Of a DNA stretch of 64,000 nt, positions 59,930 to 64,000 are shown piece after piece; the first letter of the stretch is position 1; every line of letters begins with the position of its first letter. The stretch is from a bacterium (GTDB taxonomy: Bacteria > Zhuqueibacterota > Zhuqueibacteria > Residuimicrobiales > Krinioviventaceae). The notes under the pieces are model-generated. The model had not been told where the DNA came from, did no database searches, and saw nothing but the letters and a program-made list of their open reading frames with translations. Where the stretch lies: contig CAXXFV010000023.1 in NCBI GenBank assembly GCA_963674595.2, forward strand, positions 800,001-864,000, read 5' to 3'. The translations under genes were made by a program, and so were the position numbers.

Positions 59930-61366
59930 CTAGTCTTCCAGGTGTCCTCGGAATCCCAGGGAAGCATCCAGAACCCTGCCTTCACAGGGGAGAGTATGCG
60001 ATTCCTTCGCGTACCCTGCCATTTTGCGAAGGATATCAGGGTGATGGTCAGCTACATTGTTCAACTCCTGGATGTCCTTGCTTAAATCAAACAGCTCAAA
60101 AATTTTTAGATTCTTCGGCCTGACAGCTTTCCAGTTACCCATGCGCACAGCGCAGCTTTCAGCATCCTCCCAGTACAAAAACTCATGCTGCTTTTGACTG
60201 CGACCGACTGTTTCCTCCCCTAGAATGGTTGGAACTGCTGAAATCCCATCGGTATTGCAGGGTGGATCATATCCCGCCAGTTCCACCAGGGTAGGCATTA
60301 CATCCGGGAAATAGCCCAGGTGATCCGAGACAATACCGGGCCTTATCCTTCCCGGCCACCGGACAAGGAAAGGAATTCTCAAGCCTCCTTCATAGAAACT
60401 GCCCTTTCCGCCCCTGAAACGCACTCCAGTCCTGGGATCACGGTTAGGAGCCAGGAAACCATCCGGATATTTTTCATTCAGGAAATAGGGCTGCCCCCCG
60501 TTATCACCGCAAACAAAAACGATCGTTTTCCTGTCGATATTCAGCTCACGCAAAAGAGTGAATACTTCTCCAATATGGCGATCAGCCATTTCCACCATTG
60601 CCGCGTAAAACTGGGCATCACGTTCGTCGCCCTGGTTTCCCGCAGCCCATTTCCTGTCCTTGTATTTCAGCCATGCTGGATCATTTTCCGGCATGCCCCA
60701 GAGGCCGTGAGGGAGAGTCCAGGGGAAATAAGCAAAAAAAGGACGGTCCTTATTCTCACGAATAAATTTCAGTCCTTCTTCATGGATAAGATAATGAGAA
60801 AAAACCTTTCCTTTACGCATATCTCCAACATTGCCTTCCAGCATCACCTTTTCACTGTTGCGGAGCAGGTACCTGGGATAATATGAATGAGCATGGACCT
60901 GGTGGTAGTAGCCAAAAAAAGTATCAAATCCATGTTTTTCGGGCACTCCTGTCGTACCGGCGTCACCTAAACCCCATTTTCCAAAACCTCCAGTGGCATA
61001 TCCTGAGGCCTTGAGAATATCAGCAATCGTTAAGTCATCGGTGCAAAGGGAAGCACCTCCGCCATTGGCACGAACGGTTGTATGACCGGTATGCAGGCCT
61101 GTCATGAGAGCGCTGCGGGTCGGAGCACAGACACTGCTTCCGGCAAGAAACTGGGTGAACCGGATTCCTTCGGATGCCATCCTGTCGATATTGGGGGTCT
61201 GCAGAATACGATGCCCCATGGCAGACCATTCAAAATATCCCCACTCATCCAGCATTATAAAAATGATATTCGGAGTCTCCGCGATATCCGAGGCATCCGC
61301 TTTTCCGGGCAATGCCGCAGCAGCAACAGCGGCACCGGTCGTTTTCAAAAACTTTCGTCTGTCCAT
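59930..61366 (-). CDS. Tat-exported arylsulfatase (Cys-type)
   Basis: DRRKFLK signal, PNIIFI, CAPTR formylglycine motif, GKWGLG and DNG motifs. Confidence 0.93.
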   Translation of the reverse strand: MDRRKFLKTTGAAVAAAALPGKADASDIAETPNIIFIMLDEWGYFEWSAMGHRILQTPNIDRMASEGIRFTQFLAGSSVCAPTRSALMTGLHTGHTTVRANGGGASLCTDDLTIADILKASGYATGGFGKWGLGDAGTTGVPEKHGFDTFFGYYHQVHAHSYYPRYLLRNSEKVMLEGNVGDMRKGKVFSHYLIHEEGLKFIRENKDRPFFAYFPWTLPHGLWGMPENDPAWLKYKDRKWAAGNQGDERDAQFYAAMVEMADRHIGEVFTLLRELNIDRKTIVFVCGDNGGQPYFLNEKYPDGFLAPNRDPRTGVRFRGGKGSFYEGGLRIPFLVRWPGRIRPGIVSDHLGYFPDVMPTLVELAGYDPPCNTDGISAVPTILGEETVGRSQKQHEFLYWEDAESCAVRMGNWKAVRPKNLKIFELFDLSKDIQELNNVADHHPDILRKMAGYAKESHTLPCEGRVLDASLGFRGHLED

Positions 61367-61734
61367 CTAAATTTCTTTCTCATACACTGAACGGTCCAGC
61401 TTCTCTTCGGTAATTCTTTGAAAATACGATACGTCCCGTTTGCTTGTTACTTCTGGAATTATCTATCAACAAGATAAACCAGTAAAGGAATCAATCGTTA
61501 AACTCAATTATTTTCAATAATTTGCTGAATTAATCTTGGAGTTTTTCCTATGTCCTGAGCCTCAAGTGTCAACCATGACCTGACTGCACCCTGTTATCCT
61601 GCAACCTTCAAGCCTGCAACCTGATACCATTCAGTTGATTCCGCTCATTCGTTGGTTGATAATGGATTCTATAAAACTACGTTTCTACTGACTGTATATT
61701 TATTACGGTGTCACGATAAACAGGAGGTTACCCA

Positions 61735-63183
61735 ATGAGCTTTGTAACTGATTTTAAACCCGAAATTTTATGGAAACATTTCGACCGGATACTGACCATC
61801 CCCCGCGGTTCCAAAAATGAAGGTGCCATCCGTCAGTACATCCTGGATTTTGCCAGGGAAAAAAGATTGGAAGCAGTAACCGACGCGGCGGGTAACGTGC
61901 TGGTTAAAAAAGGACCAACCCCGGGCAATAAAAATTATCCGGTGATCCTGCAGGGCCACATGGATATGGTCAATGAAAAAAACGCTGATGTAAGCCACGA
62001 TTTCGAGAAGGACCCCCTGATCCCCCGGCAGGAAGGAGATTATCTCTATGCTACCGGAACCACCCTGGGGTCTGACAACGGAATCGGCGTGGCTGCTGCC
62101 CTGGCTCTCTTGGAGGATGACAAGGCAGAGCATACCGGACTGGAATGCCTTTTTACCGTAGACGAGGAAACCGGACTAACCGGGGCAGCTTCTTTGGAGT
62201 CAGGGTTGCTCAAAGGAAAACTCCTCATCAACCTGGACTCGGAAGAAGAGAATGCCGTGACGGTAGGATGCGCGGGAGGCTCCGGACAGGATATCGCCCT
62301 GGAGCTTGAACCAGCCAGGCAGCCGGGCCATATCACTTTTGAAATAAAACTCTCCGGGCTGAAAGGCGGGCATTCCGGAGTGGATATCCACCTGCAGAGG
62401 GGTAATGCCGTCAGCCTTATGGCCAGGCTGCTGAATGAAATACCTGAAAATTTCTCCCTGAGGCTTGTTGATTTTCGCGGCGGCAACATGCACAACGCCA
62501 TTCCGAGGGAATCATTCGCGGTTATTTCCGATAAAAAAGAGAAGGCGGAAATCATCAAGGCCAGGCTGGCCGAGGTTTTCGAAGACATAAAATCTGAATT
62601 TGGGAGCGTGGAACCGGACATTAAGCTGAAAATCAGCGCGGGGGCACAGCCTGTAAAAGCTTATTCCCTTGATTCTTCCGCCAAGGCGATAAAGATGCTC
62701 CTGGCAATTCCGCACGGGGTGGCTGCCATGAGTTATGACATCCCTGACCTGGTCGAGACCAGCAGCAACCTGGCTTCCGCTAAAATTAAGGACGGCAAGC
62801 TCCAGATCCATGTGAGCAGCCGCAGCTCCACAGCTTCAGCTCTCCAATCCCTGCAGCGGAGGATTGAAGCTGTCACCTCCCTGGCCGGAGCGGAGAATAT
62901 TACCCTGGGAGGATATCCCGGATGGAGACCGGATTTAAAATCCAGGCTGCTGAAAACAGCCAAGGAATCCTATGTTGAGGTCTCCGGCAAGGATCCGGAA
63001 GTTTATGCCATCCATGCCGGGCTGGAATGCGGAATAATCAAGAAAAAATACCCTGACCTGGACATGGTTTCAATCGGCCCCCAGATTGAGTTTCCACACT
63101 CCCCCGACGAAAGGGTACTGGTTCCCTCCGTGGCAGATTTCTACAACGTACTTAAGGTAATGCTGAGGAAAATCGGGGAATGA
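61735..63183 (+). CDS. pepD: Aminoacyl-histidine dipeptidase (M20C)
   Basis: LQGHMDMV, TLGSDNGIG, DEETG, NLDSEE, HAGLECG and HSPDE motifs. Confidence 0.93.
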   Translation: MSFVTDFKPEILWKHFDRILTIPRGSKNEGAIRQYILDFAREKRLEAVTDAAGNVLVKKGPTPGNKNYPVILQGHMDMVNEKNADVSHDFEKDPLIPRQEGDYLYATGTTLGSDNGIGVAAALALLEDDKAEHTGLECLFTVDEETGLTGAASLESGLLKGKLLINLDSEEENAVTVGCAGGSGQDIALELEPARQPGHITFEIKLSGLKGGHSGVDIHLQRGNAVSLMARLLNEIPENFSLRLVDFRGGNMHNAIPRESFAVISDKKEKAEIIKARLAEVFEDIKSEFGSVEPDIKLKISAGAQPVKAYSLDSSAKAIKMLLAIPHGVAAMSYDIPDLVETSSNLASAKIKDGKLQIHVSSRSSTASALQSLQRRIEAVTSLAGAENITLGGYPGWRPDLKSRLLKTAKESYVEVSGKDPEVYAIHAGLECGIIKKKYPDLDMVSIGPQIEFPHSPDERVLVPSVADFYNVLKVMLRKIGE

Positions 63184-63310
63184 TACAGGGGCGATTCAGG
63201 AATCGCCCCTGTAATTCAAGATTCAAGGTTCAAAATTCAAGATTGAGATGCCGCAGAGACCCGGCCACTCCCTTGAAGCATGGTCATGCCCGAACCTTGA
63301 ACCTTGAACT
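63184..63310. repeat. REP hairpin plus inverted TTCAAGx heptamer arrays between convergent genes
   Basis: tacaggggcgattcaggaatcgcccctgta; ttcaagattcaaggttcaaaattcaaga ... aaccttgaaccttgaac. Confidence 0.7.
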
Positions 63311-63326
63311 CCCGTCGATTGGCGGG

Positions 63327-64000
63327 CTACTCCAGGATCAAAAGAGCATCGGATACCGGCCTCTCCACAGCTGGCCCATCAGCCGCAGGCCTCTCCATAC
63401 CCGGCCTGCCAGAAACAGGTCTGTCAGCACCCGGCCTTTCCCTGCCCGGCCTGCCAGCACCCGGAGCCGGGCCCATCATCATGCCTGGCCTGTTGGAAGG
63501 GCTGTTAACGACCTTCCCGTTCAGGTACATGGTTGATGAGCCCCCGCCGTCAAGGTTGATCGCATATTTGCAGTCGAGCGAAGCCATCAGCCGGGTCAAT
63601 TCCTCAAGTGACATCCCGACACTCTTTCCGGGCTGCCTCCCGTCGACAACGACAAAATACCACTTCCCCTGCCCGTCAATACCTACCGCGGTCCGGGGGT
63701 GCTGGGTCGTATCGAACGCATTTCCCTGCTGATCCAGTTGTTCTACCAGGTAATCGCCTACGGGTTCTCCGTTCCAGATCAGCAGCCCGGCACCTCCGAC
63801 CAGATAGTCCATCTCCTTCCATTCCGAGTCTCCGGTCTTTTCCGGGTGTTGAGGCTTGAACACGTAGCTGATTTCCACGGGAGTCCCAGCTTCAGGAACC
63901 ACCGCTTCTTTTGCGGCATCCGCTCCGTAGGAAAGAACAAAGCCATTCTCCGGGATAGCGGCATTGCCATCGGAATGGTAGCTTGCAACCTTTCCATCCT
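63327..64000 (-). CDS. Phosphodiester glycosidase (NAGPA) family protein, 5' end outside the window
   Basis: HPRTAVG, VVVDGRQ...SVGM, NLDGGGSS and ERPVSDAL motifs. Confidence 0.85.
   Translation of the reverse strand, partial: DGKVASYHSDGNAAIPENGFVLSYGADAAKEAVVPEAGTPVEISYVFKPQHPEKTGDSEWKEMDYLVGGAGLLIWNGEPVGDYLVEQLDQQGNAFDTTQHPRTAVGIDGQGKWYFVVVDGRQPGKSVGMSLEELTRLMASLDCKYAINLDGGGSSTMYLNGKVVNSPSNRPGMMMGPAPGAGRPGRERPGADRPVSGRPGMERPAADGPAVERPVSDALLILE

Overview
Bacterial chromosomal window of roughly 50% GC. Gene content and repeat style suggest an Acidobacteriota/PVC-like organism (inference only). From left to right it holds: a PPi-type phosphofructokinase; sugar-catabolism genes (two Gfo/Idh/MocA oxidoreductases, cupin, TIM-barrel isomerase, GH88-like protein, SDR); a tandem pair of glycine-zipper paralogs; a CPBP/FG-GAP fusion; a Na+/solute symporter with a DUF997 partner; tpx; and a fluoride riboswitch with crcB and DUF190. 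Next come two tandem secreted LRR-FN3 proteins with near-identical constant regions around divergent LRR cassettes of equal length, a his operon led by a TrpR-like regulator and lacking hisI, then secA and guaB. A 13-gene PVM-type bacterial microcompartment locus carries PduS/PduT but no lactate or alcohol dehydrogenase. It is followed by a complete IS110-family (IS1111-type) element inserted in a REP-like palindrome, whose 3' non-coding RNA has guide segments matching its own target and donor sites. The window ends with a disulfide oxidoreductase, DEAD-box helicase, sulfatase, pepD and a partial NAGPA-family gene. Intergenic spaces carry several REP-like palindrome families and 6-9 bp tandem repeats. 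The most notable items are the constant-variable-constant LRR pair, the REP-targeting bridge/seek-RNA element and the PduST-equipped PVM microcompartment.
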